This document shows positions 40,758 to 51,648 of a DNA stretch of 64,000 bases, one piece after another. A program made the position numbers and the translations under genes. Origin of the DNA: Trypanosoma brucei (taxonomy: Eukaryota); NCBI GenBank assembly GCA_000002445.1, contig CM000208.1, positions 3,584,001 to 3,648,000 on the forward strand. Direction: 5' to 3'. How positions within the stretch are numbered: the first letter of the stretch is position 1; each line of letters opens with the position of its first letter. Under the pieces are notes generated by a model, which searched no databases, was not told where the DNA came from, and saw only the letters and a program-made list of their open reading frames with translations.

Positions 40758-43406
40758 TTGTTTCGGACTACGATGCTTGCCGTGAAGTACCTTCTCAAAC
40801 TGTACGAGACGCCCCCGGAGAATGGACACATCTCCGCGTTTGACACGTATGGTAATACAGTTTTCGCCGGCACTGACAGCGGTGTGTTGATGAGGTTCGT
40901 AGTAGAGGGAGCGACCTCACCCGAGATTGTACCAACGGAGGGCTCGCTCTCCGGTGACGCGAGGGACAGGCATATCAGTGGAGGAAATAGTGCTCGCAGT
41001 GCCGAAGCGGGAGGTGTTGGTGAGGAACAGCAAGCACATGAGGAAATGCATGCCGATGATTTTCACGCAGTTTCACAACTCGAGAAGATATACACCACGC
41101 TTGTGCATCACGTCGTCGTGTCGGAAACCCAGAGAAGAGTTGAGCGTATCCAGCACAGCAGAACACACAACATTTTGTTTGTGCTTTGCGAACACAGGCT
41201 TCTGGTGCTTAACTCGATAACCTTTGAACACATCTACACAGTTTCTGATTACGTGGGTACGTTTTTTGTTTCGGATTCGCGGCAGACAAGCTCCCAGCGC
41301 GTGGGGCGGCACGTGATTTGCACAACGGAACCCCACGGAAGGGAGCTTAGGGTATATGAATTTGACATAGCGCAGAACAAACATGTGCGACCGATGGCTC
41401 CACATAAGGTGATGCTTCATGAGCAGGCACAGACACTAGTCACGTACGGCAATATGGTTTGCGTGGGAATGCGGAGAGGCGGATATCGCTTGCTGTCGTT
41501 ACCTGACGGAAACACATGTAGTGTACTTCCGCTTTCTGGAGATATGCAGCCGTTACTGGCGGTGGGCGACGGCGAGGTCTTCATGCGCTATGATCATTCT
41601 ATTTTTTCAGTTTCGATGCGCTCCATGCCTTCTGGCCGCGTGCTTGGACGCACTATTCAGCTCGAGGATGAGGTCCGTCATATGATTGCAAGACACCCGT
41701 TTTTGTTTGCCTTCACTGAAAGTTACTGCGATGTCTACTCCCTCTACGATGATGACGTATCGGAGCGCTTGCCCATGAGCGGATGCCTCTTCGGCTCGCA
41801 GCTTGGTGGAGGGGATTTCCTTTACGCTGCCAGCGCAACAAAAATATGGATGGCTGGGTTGCATCCCCTGCGTCACCAGTTAGCCGACCTGGTTGAGCGG
41901 TTCAAGGTGGAAGAAGCTTTTCATCTGCTTAGCACTCAACGCTCGCGGAACTCCCTTGATTGGCAGGCGATCGAATTGGAGCTTCATGTTATGGTAGGCT
42001 TCGCTTACCTTCACCGTTGCCGCCCGAAGGAGGCAATGTTACATTTTAACGATCACATAGATCCAAGAGACCTACTTTTACTCCTCCCAGAGTGTATACC
42101 TCCAGGCCCCGATGAGTATAGTTCCGAGTTGCGGGGGTTGCTAAAGGGGGACTGCGTTGGGGAGACAAGAACGTCGTCGGATGGCGTTGATTTTGCATCA
42201 AAGGACGAGGATGTGGTGAATGTACCGGTCGGGGGAAATAATGTTGAGCCGTTACTCGCAAAATGCGGACCAGACATTGGATGTTGGGACGGTGGATTCT
42301 GGGAGGAGTGGAGTGGTTGCTGCCCATATAATACCTACATTGGAGAATTGGAGAAGGCCTGGTTGGAGACATTTGAGACTTTTCCTACAGTTCCGCGGAG
42401 CACCGACCAGGCAGACGGGGTAATCCACCGACAGGTTATGGAGTGGGGTTGCATTACCGCGGAAGGGTTTCTCGAGCGCTCATGGGAAGCACTAAAGGAC
42501 GAACTTGTAGTGTATTTCCGCTCACGTCTGGATCAAGCATCGCCCGTCCATGCCCGTCCAATGGAGTACGCCCTGCTGGTGCTTGCGCTTGAGGCTCGCG
42601 ACCATCGGGAGGCCTATCAGATTGTAGTCAAGAGCTCATCCTTGAGCGTGGAAGACTGCTACGACCTACTCTGTTCGTTGCACGAGTATCGGCTGTTGGC
42701 TTGTCTTCTGTACTGCCGCGGGTACACACAGGATGCCGATCGATTGCTGAGGCAACGTGTGTGCGTCTCAAGTCTGCTCCCTCCGTGGCTGCCGGGACGG
42801 TGTAACAATAGCAAACAATCCCCGGCGTACATGAATGTGCCCGCGGCTTTACACAGTCAGCTAACCCGCCTCCTAACGCCACTTCCTAAGAACGAATGTC
42901 TCGTTGTAGCTGATTTATCCAGTCCTAGAGGAGCACACTCGCCTAACGACGTGGACGAAACCCATACCATAAACCTGCCTTTGTCACTTTCGTTGCCTAT
43001 GTACCTCGTTAGTCATTTAAACATTCCCGCCCTGCAGGAGTTGTTGGCTGAGGATCCAGATGCTGCAGTGATCACTGATGAGGAGGGTTGTACGCTGCTG
43101 CACGTACTTTTCAGCCTTTTCATTTCGGTGAGGGACCTTACAGAAGGCGAAGCCATGACGAAAGGTAGTGCGCTAGTCGGTTTGGTGTTGTCATGTGCGG
43201 TGCTGCTTCTGGACCATGGCGCGGATGTCGCCGCGCCGAATGTTCATGGTATTACTTGTTTGGACGTACTTGCCATCGCCGCAGGTGGCGTTTTTTTTGA
43301 CATTGTTGTTTCCGCGTTGCTGGCAGACCGTGATGTTAGGAAGGCAGCTGCATTTACCAACAAGGATGACAATACGTTGGTGAACGGCTTCATCCCCATC
43401 GCATAG
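40758..43406 (+). CDS. Vps39/Vam6/TGFBRAP1-family protein (N-terminal CNH beta-propeller, clathrin-heavy-chain-like helical region) with C-terminal ankyrin repeat
   Basis: Colinear with the human VPS39 N-terminus. LLKLYETPP…VFAGTDSGVLMRFVV matches ILEKLPLQ…LLVGTKQGHLLLYRI, ILFVLCEHRLLVLNSITFEHIYTVSDYVGTFFV matches ILVSLLENNIYVHDLLTFQQITTVSKAKGASLF, and VCVGMRRGGYRLLSL matches ICVGFKRDYYLIRVD. The C-terminal GCTLLHVLF…LLLDHGADVAAPNVHGITCLDVLA segment is ANK-like. Confidence 0.6.
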   Translation: MFRTTMLAVKYLLKLYETPPENGHISAFDTYGNTVFAGTDSGVLMRFVVEGATSPEIVPTEGSLSGDARDRHISGGNSARSAEAGGVGEEQQAHEEMHADDFHAVSQLEKIYTTLVHHVVVSETQRRVERIQHSRTHNILFVLCEHRLLVLNSITFEHIYTVSDYVGTFFVSDSRQTSSQRVGRHVICTTEPHGRELRVYEFDIAQNKHVRPMAPHKVMLHEQAQTLVTYGNMVCVGMRRGGYRLLSLPDGNTCSVLPLSGDMQPLLAVGDGEVFMRYDHSIFSVSMRSMPSGRVLGRTIQLEDEVRHMIARHPFLFAFTESYCDVYSLYDDDVSERLPMSGCLFGSQLGGGDFLYAASATKIWMAGLHPLRHQLADLVERFKVEEAFHLLSTQRSRNSLDWQAIELELHVMVGFAYLHRCRPKEAMLHFNDHIDPRDLLLLLPECIPPGPDEYSSELRGLLKGDCVGETRTSSDGVDFASKDEDVVNVPVGGNNVEPLLAKCGPDIGCWDGGFWEEWSGCCPYNTYIGELEKAWLETFETFPTVPRSTDQADGVIHRQVMEWGCITAEGFLERSWEALKDELVVYFRSRLDQASPVHARPMEYALLVLALEARDHREAYQIVVKSSSLSVEDCYDLLCSLHEYRLLACLLYCRGYTQDADRLLRQRVCVSSLLPPWLPGRCNNSKQSPAYMNVPAALHSQLTRLLTPLPKNECLVVADLSSPRGAHSPNDVDETHTINLPLSLSLPMYLVSHLNIPALQELLAEDPDAAVITDEEGCTLLHVLFSLFISVRDLTEGEAMTKGSALVGLVLSCAVLLLDHGADVAAPNVHGITCLDVLAIAAGGVFFDIVVSALLADRDVRKAAAFTNKDDNTLVNGFIPIA

Positions 43407-43910
43407 GTTTTTTTTATTTTGAACTCATGGCGGTTGATTAGGTACTGGCTGTATTCAAACAAATGCGGTTTTGCGCTAGTTGCTTCATAATTGGAAATTT
43501 AGCCTAGTTTTTCCATGTTTGCTTACTTATCTAACCGTCCAGTAGCCTCGTGCTTCAGCAACAATCGTTCGTTGGTTGGTTGAGGTTTGCCTCGCTGTTG
43601 TTCGTTTTCTTTACTGAACTGTACAGTGAAAAGCAGTTGTGTTTTCCGGTTATGCGCGTTTATGGATGTTTGCTTGCAGGTGCTTCAATGCAGGGGCGTT
43701 TAATCGTACCCGAATCGCCTCTTCAGTTTAAACCTTCGCATACTTATTCTCTGTTTTTGGCCTTTAGATTGCGCTCCACCTGGTGGGGAGTACACCCTGC
43801 GTGTCTTCCAACCAAAACTATGCACTACTTCATTTCGCTCTTTTACGACAACTTATGAAAGAAACAGAAAAAGGAAGAAGAGAGAGAGCAGTCTGCTAGT
43901 TGGAGGAAAC

Positions 43911-45998
43911 ATGTCCTCCCTGACATCCGTCCAACGGCGCTTGCTCAAGTACGCCTTAGAGGACAAAGAGTCCAAGAAGTTATTGAAGCGCAAACGTGCG
44001 GAGGATGTTGCACCAGCGCTGCACCAACGCGAAAAGAAACGGACATGTGGTCACGTATGTGAGGCAGATACCACGCAGGATACGGAAATGACTCCACTTT
44101 GCCCTGAATTGCTTGACTTTGTGCGGCAGAAATGCCCCAGCGCGCCACGGAAGCTTCGCAAGGGACAGCTACACGTCATTAATGCTCTCAGTCGGGGTGC
44201 CGTAAGTGGTAAGGATGATGACGCTATAAATCGTTGTGGTGCCAGAGGCGCGTTTTCCGTAAAGCGGCTGGAAATGAAGGATCTCCCGTTTGCTTTTTCC
44301 ATCTTGGGATTGGCAGCGCTGCAGCGGCGATTATTATTTGACCAGAAAGTGAAAAATGGAACCTCGCTCCTGGTACTAACGGAGGACGAAGAGGACGCTA
44401 ACTCAGTTGCTCTTCACTTGAAGGAAACGTATCGTGGCGTCCACGTTTTAGTGCTCGACGGGTCGCGTTTTCCGTCGTTCCCCAACATTCCCAACGAGGA
44501 GGATAATGACGGAGACGCTACCAACAATACCTTTGCCGAGCGTACTGTGGTATTAGTGTCGTCGCTACAGGCCTTTCTTTCCTCCGACGGGCGGAGTGCA
44601 ATATGGAAATTTGTGGGGGCATACGTTGTTATTTTGAGGGAGTTGACTAACAGCACCTGTGTAGCAATGAAGGGTATGAAGAGAATGGAGCGGCAGGAAT
44701 TTTTGAAAAAACTGTGCGAGAAGAGGTGGCTTTGTTTGGATCACACACCAGTGGCTGCCGTGATAGCTCCTGCCCGCCACGCTCTCTTCACACCATTGGC
44801 TGATGCACTTACAATTTCTGTGCCCGTAGCGGGAGAGGATGCTGGAGAAGCGAAGACCGTTGACAAAGGGGAGGTCCGTGACTCCCATGATGAGAACCAA
44901 AGTAAGAAAAAGAAGGGGCTTCCAGTTGATACGTTGCGTGACCCTGTCACTGTACACTACACCGTGGTTGAAGGTCAACATCGCTTCCACACGTTGTATG
45001 CATTAGTGATGAATGCTCGTGCGGGCCAGGGCATTGTTGTGCATGTTGCCACCAAAGAAGTCTGCCAATTCCTCTATGATGTTCTACACGCACTCGGAGA
45101 TCTTCCACCATCACTTTTACTACTTACGGACTACGCGGGCCCCAGTGTGCACGCCTCAGTCCGTGACAGTGACGAAGACCGACAGAAAGTATGTGACAAG
45201 TTCGACGATATTGTTGTGAACTCCGACAAATCACTAGCAGGCAGTGGAAAAAGGGACCGTGTGGTCCTAATTTCTTCATTTGGCCTTGTTCCTCAAAGGG
45301 GGACCGTTTTCGTTCAGTACGACATCATTGTTGATATTGCGAACTTTTCCCAATTTGTCAGCGACGTGCTCACACCCGCGGCTTACGCGAACTTAGCGGC
45401 ATCACAGTTACCCCGTTTGGGTGGTCGTGCTGCACCGGGGGTTACTTCTGCAAGGCGGTCAAGATCTGTCTCCCCCAGCAAAAGCGTTTCTCCACCAAGG
45501 CCAACGCAGGTTCGTGCCATGTACCGTCACGTGCTGCTGTTACTCCGTAAAAACGAGCTTCAGGGGGCGCTTGAGCACTTCAACAGGTCTGCCAACAGGC
45601 TTCACATAACATACAAGCCTATGAAGCAAATGCCCTCTGCCACTCGATTCCTATTAGCGGTGCAGAAATTGCAGTCCCTGAACAAAAAGCAGTTTGCGGT
45701 CCAAAATGCTGCGTATGCCGCTTACAGAGCAACAATGTTGTTGTACTCCGTCATAAGCAGCAGCAAGGAGGTGTACGACGAGCGCAATGTTGATCTCAAA
45801 CTAGTTGCGCAGGAGTTCGGATATTCGGACGCTCCTATTGTCGATTTGCGCACACGTGACACAGCATTTCGACCCAAGGAGAATATCTTTCGCGCAGCGT
45901 GCAAAAGAGCAGCGCGTGACCGCCGTTTGCTGCTGCGCCCCCCTGCTGAGGAAGGCAGTCCCGAGGTGTCACAGCCACAGAGGGAGGAAAACCAGTAG
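43911..45998 (+). CDS. DEAD-box helicase-like protein with degenerate catalytic motifs (putative pseudo-helicase)
   Basis: RecA-1/RecA-2 architecture is recognisable, but Walker A is GARGAFSV instead of AxxGxGKT. The motif II position reads HVLVLDGS instead of DEAD. The helicase-C region is retained (VVLISSFGLVPQRGTVFVQYDIIVD). 695 aa. Confidence 0.65.
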   Translation: MSSLTSVQRRLLKYALEDKESKKLLKRKRAEDVAPALHQREKKRTCGHVCEADTTQDTEMTPLCPELLDFVRQKCPSAPRKLRKGQLHVINALSRGAVSGKDDDAINRCGARGAFSVKRLEMKDLPFAFSILGLAALQRRLLFDQKVKNGTSLLVLTEDEEDANSVALHLKETYRGVHVLVLDGSRFPSFPNIPNEEDNDGDATNNTFAERTVVLVSSLQAFLSSDGRSAIWKFVGAYVVILRELTNSTCVAMKGMKRMERQEFLKKLCEKRWLCLDHTPVAAVIAPARHALFTPLADALTISVPVAGEDAGEAKTVDKGEVRDSHDENQSKKKKGLPVDTLRDPVTVHYTVVEGQHRFHTLYALVMNARAGQGIVVHVATKEVCQFLYDVLHALGDLPPSLLLLTDYAGPSVHASVRDSDEDRQKVCDKFDDIVVNSDKSLAGSGKRDRVVLISSFGLVPQRGTVFVQYDIIVDIANFSQFVSDVLTPAAYANLAASQLPRLGGRAAPGVTSARRSRSVSPSKSVSPPRPTQVRAMYRHVLLLLRKNELQGALEHFNRSANRLHITYKPMKQMPSATRFLLAVQKLQSLNKKQFAVQNAAYAAYRATMLLYSVISSSKEVYDERNVDLKLVAQEFGYSDAPIVDLRTRDTAFRPKENIFRAACKRAARDRRLLLRPPAEEGSPEVSQPQREENQ

Positions 45999-46440
45999 CG
46001 AGCACGTGAATACAGTGGAGATCAATATGTGAAGTGCGAGGGAGAAGGGAAGCGGAAAGAAAGAAAAAAGGAAAATAATAACATTAACGGTTAACAGGTC
46101 GTGCGATCTTCCTTCATCCTGGTGGTGGGCATGCGTCATAACAAACTGACGACGGAAGGGGTGGAGACAGCATTTCTTTGTCGAATACCTGTAATAGTAA
46201 TTTAAAAAAAAAGAAAACAGCAGTGACAAAGGTACTTGAAGAAAGATGAAGAGGGTACGGTTTCACCAGACGGTTTCGGTACATTGGTTACGTGTGTGCA
46301 CAAGCGCACACAAAATATACCAGTGGTAGTTTGAAGGAAAGGTGTGAGTAGTGAACGCTCATGTTGCTCCGTTGAATTTTATTTACGGCACCGTCCCGTT
46401 AACAGTGGTAAGGATTTTGACATAAGTTACCCTGCCCGCT

Positions 46441-46630
46441 GTGCTGCTGCCTCCGGTTACTCTCTTCTTTTCACACTTTCTCTGTTTTGTCTCTGTGAGT
46501 CGGTTTAATTGGTTTATTTACATCTGCCGCATACTAAAATTCAAAGATTTCTGTCCCACCAGTACCATCTAAAACTTTTCCACCTTCTTCACTCTCTCCT
46601 CTCCCGCCACCGCCGCTCTTGTTGTTAGCA
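46441..46630 (+). promoter_or_regulatory. Pyrimidine-rich tract upstream of NAP gene
   Basis: …ctctcttcttttcacactttctctgttttgtctctg…ccaccttcttcactctctcctctcccgccaccgccgctcttgttgttag. Confidence 0.35.
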
Positions 46631-46845
46631 CCCAAGAACGGGATACGACGTAGCGAGCAGGAGTACGCCTGCATTTTGAACGGAAGTCGCAGGGCTTCAG
46701 TAAGCAAGTAAGAGGGAGCAGAAAAGAAAGTAAAGTGGGTGTTAAGAAGGACAGCATTAAATAGTAACCTAACGGGGAAAGAGGCGGAAAAAGGAGCGCG
46801 AAACGTGAAAGCAAACTTTTCCAAGGGAAGTGAACGGGCAAGGGA

Positions 46846-47793
46846 ATGCCGCCGAAGCGAAAATCAGCTCAGCACCAACGGGATGACGATGATGATATGT
46901 CGTCCCAGTGGGTGGAAGGTAACTCAACGCCCTTCCAAAAATACTTCAACACGAAGTACTCCTCCGAGTTCATGGGAAGCCTTCCCGAACGAATTCGTCA
47001 GCGCGCCCAGGTTCTCCTGTACTACCATGAGAAATGTGAGAGGATCCGGAAGGACTTTGAGGAAAAGGAAACGGCGCTGCGCCGCAAGTATGATGAGATT
47101 TACGCACCTCTGCTGGACAAGCGGAAGGAGATCATTACAGGTGCGCATCTGCCAACAGACGAAGAGGTAAGGAAAGGACTCCCTAGCGAGCACGAGGGGA
47201 AGGTAAGTGTTACCACTGATGCCGATGTGGGGAAAGGACTTCCTGGTTTCTGGCTGCGCGTGTTGAAGCACCATGTTCTTTCCGCTTCCATGATTCGAGA
47301 TCACGATGAACCTGTTCTTATGCATTTAATAGACGTGCGCTCAGGCGTTGTGGACGGTGGTTATGGGAGTATTGCCGTTGCGTTTGTTTTCGAGCCGAAC
47401 CCATTCTTCCAAGAGGAGACCCTAATTCTGAAGCTTGTCCAGGGGGACGACGGGGCGACTGTCACCCGTACCCCCATCACGTGGAAACCGGGGAAGGATG
47501 TAACGGTGAGGACGGAGAAGGTAAAGAAGTCAGGGAAACGTGGGCAAGGGGGGAAGGTAAAGACAATCACTGTTCCGCAGCCCTCGTTTTTCAACACTTT
47601 TAAGGAGAATGGTGGGTCGGGTGCCGCCACCGCTCACGATGATGATGATGAGGATGATGAAGATGAAGATGAGTGGACTGAACAGCTTCTTCAGGTGCTT
47701 CATACAAGCATCATTCCGTCCGCTGTCCACCACTACACCGGCGAAGCCCCGGATGGCGCTAGTGATATTGATACTGACTACGATGATGATGAT

Positions 47794-47828
<35 letters not shown>

Positions 47829-47946
47829 TGATGACGACGATGACATACCTCCCCAGAGAGGCCGCAGACAGCAAGGCGGTGCTTTCGGCAGGGGAAGTGG
47901 CAAGCAATCACAGCAGCAACCTCAGCAACAATGCAAACACCAGTAA
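46846..47946 (+). CDS. Nucleosome assembly protein (NAP1/SET family) with poly-Asp/Glu C-terminal tail
   Basis: NAP-domain signatures are present: YYHEKCERIRKDFEEKETALRRKYDEIYAPLLDKRKEIITG, GFWLRVLKHHVLSASMIRDHDEPVLMHLIDV, and PNPFFQEETL. The tail is [22 protein letters not shown], encoded by a (GAT/GAC)n tract. Confidence 0.9.
47782..47844 (+). repeat. (GAT/GAC)n coding trinucleotide repeat (poly-Asp tail of NAP)
   Basis: gatgatgatgatgacgacgatgacgatgacgatgacgacgatgatgatgatgacgacgatgac in frame within the NAP CDS. Confidence 0.9.
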
Positions 47947-48931
47947 GGGGACTGGTGAACTCTTGTTCAGTTCCCAGCGCTGACATTTAATCATAAAAGG
48001 TTAAGAAGTGAAAGGAGCCGGGGAGGCGTTAATTGAGAAGGAGCCGAGGAAGGAGAAGAAGTGCACCCCACAAAAAGGGTTGTGTGGAGCGAGAAGACGG
48101 GAAAGTAGCGACGGCATATGCCCCGTACCGCAAGCCATTGTTTTCTTCCTCTGTTGAGGGGAGGGGTGGAGGGTACATCGGGGGCTTTGTGCCTGCGTCG
48201 AGTCTCACCGTGAGTATGGGATGAAAAACAATTTGACAGGGTAAACATACATACAGGCTTGAGGGAGGAGGTCAAGTGGATAGTGCGGTTCCTCCTGAAA
48301 AGGCACTACCTCACCCGCTGCAACACAAAATCAGCATTCTGTTTGTTTTCGTAAGATATGGAGGGCACCTTCGTCATCCACATCGTTTACCCAAACGAAG
48401 AAGAAGAGAGAACATTGTAGGAGGTAACTTTGCAGCCCTGTCTTCCCCTCTCTTTTCCCTCTTCTCATCCACCCACCTGTTTGAATTCGTTTCGCTATTG
48501 GCCGACGTCCGCACTTACTTTCCTTGACGTACGCCACATACCTCTTTATCTCTTCGTCATTCCTGCATCTTCCTTTTTTTTTGTTTTCGTTTTTTATTCT
48601 GAGTTCATATGAGAGGAGTTGCCACTTTTTGAGTGGCTGAAAACCATATAAATCAATAAAACAACACCCCAGTTTACTGATATAGGGGTATCATTTTATC
48701 TCCTACCTCTATCCATGTAAAGCCCCCTTTTCTCCATCTAATTCTGATCGAAGAGACAATAGAAAATAGATTCTGCTTGAAGAAATATAGTATAGAGTTA
48801 AAAGAGCGACAAACGGCGCCTTCCCGTGTACACAAGGGTTGTTGGGACAGCGTGGAGTCAGCCCCCTCGTTTCCACGTCTGAAAGTCAGAATAGAGCGAA
48901 GGAAAAATACCGTTTTTAAGCCACACGTGGG

Positions 48932-50917
48932 GTGATGGAAGGTGCTGCAAGGACGGTACCCGCTCAGTTTGCCCGCCTACCACCAACGGAACATGCACTT
49001 CTTTTAAACAGGTTTAAGTTTCTTAACCTGGTGCAACGCATTGCTGCTGCCGATGTGGCGGAGATGATCGATACCGTTGGATTAGAAGCACTCACATTCA
49101 AGGGGACTCTGGAGAAACTTTCTCTGGAAGGCTTTCCTGCAAGTGGTGTGTCGCGGAGTCCTCACATCATGGGAACTGACACTGTTCACGGGTTCGGGAG
49201 TCACATGAAAGATGAGATACATGGCAAAGGACATCTTACGGGCCGCGTACGCGGAAAGGGAGCACGGGAAAGAAGATTCTCTTCTCCAAAAGAGGAAAAG
49301 GAGTTTATCAACCGCCTAGCGCGACCACGAAACTATCGCAACCAATTTGGTACGGATTGGAGGAGGTATCCGCAGGGCACCCCGACCTCTGAACCTGCGC
49401 ATGTTCCAGGTGACCCCTCAGCGCAGTCCGTTTGGCACCGGAAGAAAAGTGATGTGTCTGCAGATTTGTATGATAATCGCTTGCGGGTAAGTAACGATGA
49501 GGATGATTTGTACGGAGACAACGTCGTCATCGAATCCTCTGACGACCGGCTGCAGCAGCATGACGGTGGGGCGCATAATGCGACGTGGAAGTCCTTCAGG
49601 CAGCCTGATCAGGAAGGTTTCCGCGATGATGCGATCCATGGTGGTGAGAGATGTAACATAGGAGAGTCTGCGGGGGGGTTTGCTGATGCTCCTCCCAGCA
49701 ATACCGTTGAAGGGATTTCTACGTTAGGAGCACAAAAGAGAGAGAACATAAATGCACCCTCGATCCTTTCCAAAGGCGCTTGGACCAAGAACCAGCCTGG
49801 TGCCCCCGGAGGGCAGTTTGTAGCTTTCGACGCAGCGTCAGCGCATACCATGAATTCTGCACGCAGGAATCGTGCCTCATTCGCACCAAAGGCCAAGCCC
49901 AAAGCGGCGCCTGATGTTCAACGCGTTCCTATGGAGGTCATCCGCCAAGCATCATTGTTATTGGCAGACAAACAGGTGGCAGAGCCGCTTCAACAACCGC
50001 CACCACCGCAGATTCCGCCGTCAGGAGCACAAAATCCAACGCAAAGCAACACACTCTCCGCGTATGGCAGTAACTTCCGTGGGAGCGGTTCGCAGGTGCA
50101 AGTGCCATCATCCGGTTCCCTCAACAGCAAAAAAGAGGTTGATAGTTCGTGCATTGTTCCCAAGCGTGTATCGGACGATACCCTTGCTGAGCTGACATTG
50201 TGCGTTGAGAAGATGTTGCAGGACCACCGAAAGGTACTTGAGGGTATTCTGAAGGATGAACGCCCTGCGCCTGATGATCCTCCAGCGGTGGTGAGGCGGT
50301 CAGAACAAGGCGGTCGCGGCGGTGTCGCCGATGGGGGCATTAACATGACGCGAGAGAAGACGTCCGTTAAGGAGCGTAAACCCTCGCCCAAGAGCACTCA
50401 CGGGGTTTCCGGTTCCACGATGGGTCGTATTAATGATTTGCTTGAGGACATCAGTGATGAGGAGGACGAGCTGCTGCTTGTTAACCGTATCCAACGAAAG
50501 ATTGGGGCTATGGATCGCGACATAGAGGCTATAGAAGCACGGGGTAAACAGGTTCACGGTTCCTTGGGTGAAAACGATGGTGATCACGAAGGAATATATG
50601 ATCGGGAAACTAGTTCAAAGAATACCAACCGCCGCGTCGCGTTTGCAGACACAATATCTTCTAGTCGGCGCCGAGGTCGTCGGCGAGGTGAAATGCCTCG
50701 CGCAATCGTTGAGCGTATTCGGTCTTTCCAAAAGGAGAATCACGAGTACATTCAATACACAGAGAGGCTTTGGAACACTTCAAAGGTGACGGAACAGGTG
50801 TTTGCGTACCGCCTTACAGAGAGTCTCTTAGATGACGCTCTCTGTGAGGTAATTAGTGAGGTGGGAGGCATACTCGACACATACGTAGAGGGTTTAACCC
50901 ATCACGAATTACAGTAA
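48932..50917 (+). CDS. Hypothetical protein (661 aa), no recognisable domain
   Basis: Long + strand ORF with non-repetitive composition, flanked by purine-rich and pyrimidine-rich blocks like the other genes. Confidence 0.7.
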   Translation: MMEGAARTVPAQFARLPPTEHALLLNRFKFLNLVQRIAAADVAEMIDTVGLEALTFKGTLEKLSLEGFPASGVSRSPHIMGTDTVHGFGSHMKDEIHGKGHLTGRVRGKGARERRFSSPKEEKEFINRLARPRNYRNQFGTDWRRYPQGTPTSEPAHVPGDPSAQSVWHRKKSDVSADLYDNRLRVSNDEDDLYGDNVVIESSDDRLQQHDGGAHNATWKSFRQPDQEGFRDDAIHGGERCNIGESAGGFADAPPSNTVEGISTLGAQKRENINAPSILSKGAWTKNQPGAPGGQFVAFDAASAHTMNSARRNRASFAPKAKPKAAPDVQRVPMEVIRQASLLLADKQVAEPLQQPPPPQIPPSGAQNPTQSNTLSAYGSNFRGSGSQVQVPSSGSLNSKKEVDSSCIVPKRVSDDTLAELTLCVEKMLQDHRKVLEGILKDERPAPDDPPAVVRRSEQGGRGGVADGGINMTREKTSVKERKPSPKSTHGVSGSTMGRINDLLEDISDEEDELLLVNRIQRKIGAMDRDIEAIEARGKQVHGSLGENDGDHEGIYDRETSSKNTNRRVAFADTISSSRRRGRRRGEMPRAIVERIRSFQKENHEYIQYTERLWNTSKVTEQVFAYRLTESLLDDALCEVISEVGGILDTYVEGLTHHELQ

Positions 50918-51648
50918 GTCCTATTCAGCCAGTTCAGTTTCAAACACTCTGCTTGACCCCCGCGTCCTGCTTTGGCAGTGCAGCACATTAACGGAAGTCT
51001 ATATTATTCCGGGTATGGAGATGCATACACGTGGGTTTATTATGACGGTTTACTTACGTACCGCGTGAGGGTGTGCGGGACCGTACTGAACTGGCCCTCC
51101 TCGTCTCGGCGGTTGTTAAATTGTTTACTGACCCTCATCACCGGTTTATGCCGGCCTTTGCTCGCTCTCACTAGAGATTTTAATACTGTGTTCCTCCCTG
51201 AGTTCGGATCCCTTTTACCTACCTGTTTTTCTCACTCTTTTTTTATATTGATGAATGCAAACTGAGCTAGTGTGAGTGGCTTCACTCAAATAGAAAAAGG
51301 GAGGGAGGGGAGCGTGCATCACTTGTAGCACTTCTGACGACCCCCGCCTTCGGGCTTTCCCTCTCATTCTCATTCTGGACAGTGGTTGAATAGGGTCCAG
51401 GTAAAGAAATAAAGACAAAGGACTTTAAAAGGCAAAAGCGGGTGACAGAGGACCAGCACACATCATTTCCGCTACCGGTACCGTCCGTTGCATTTTCTTT
51501 GTTTTCTTGCTATTATACTTGATAATATTGCACCTCCGGGGGGTGGCCTTTTGCTAATTACCACGAGTATTTCGTGGGAAGGTGTGCGGTTAGGAGGGCA
51601 TTTTGCTAACCGTACCGTTTGTGTGTCAGGATAGTGAATTAGGGTGGA

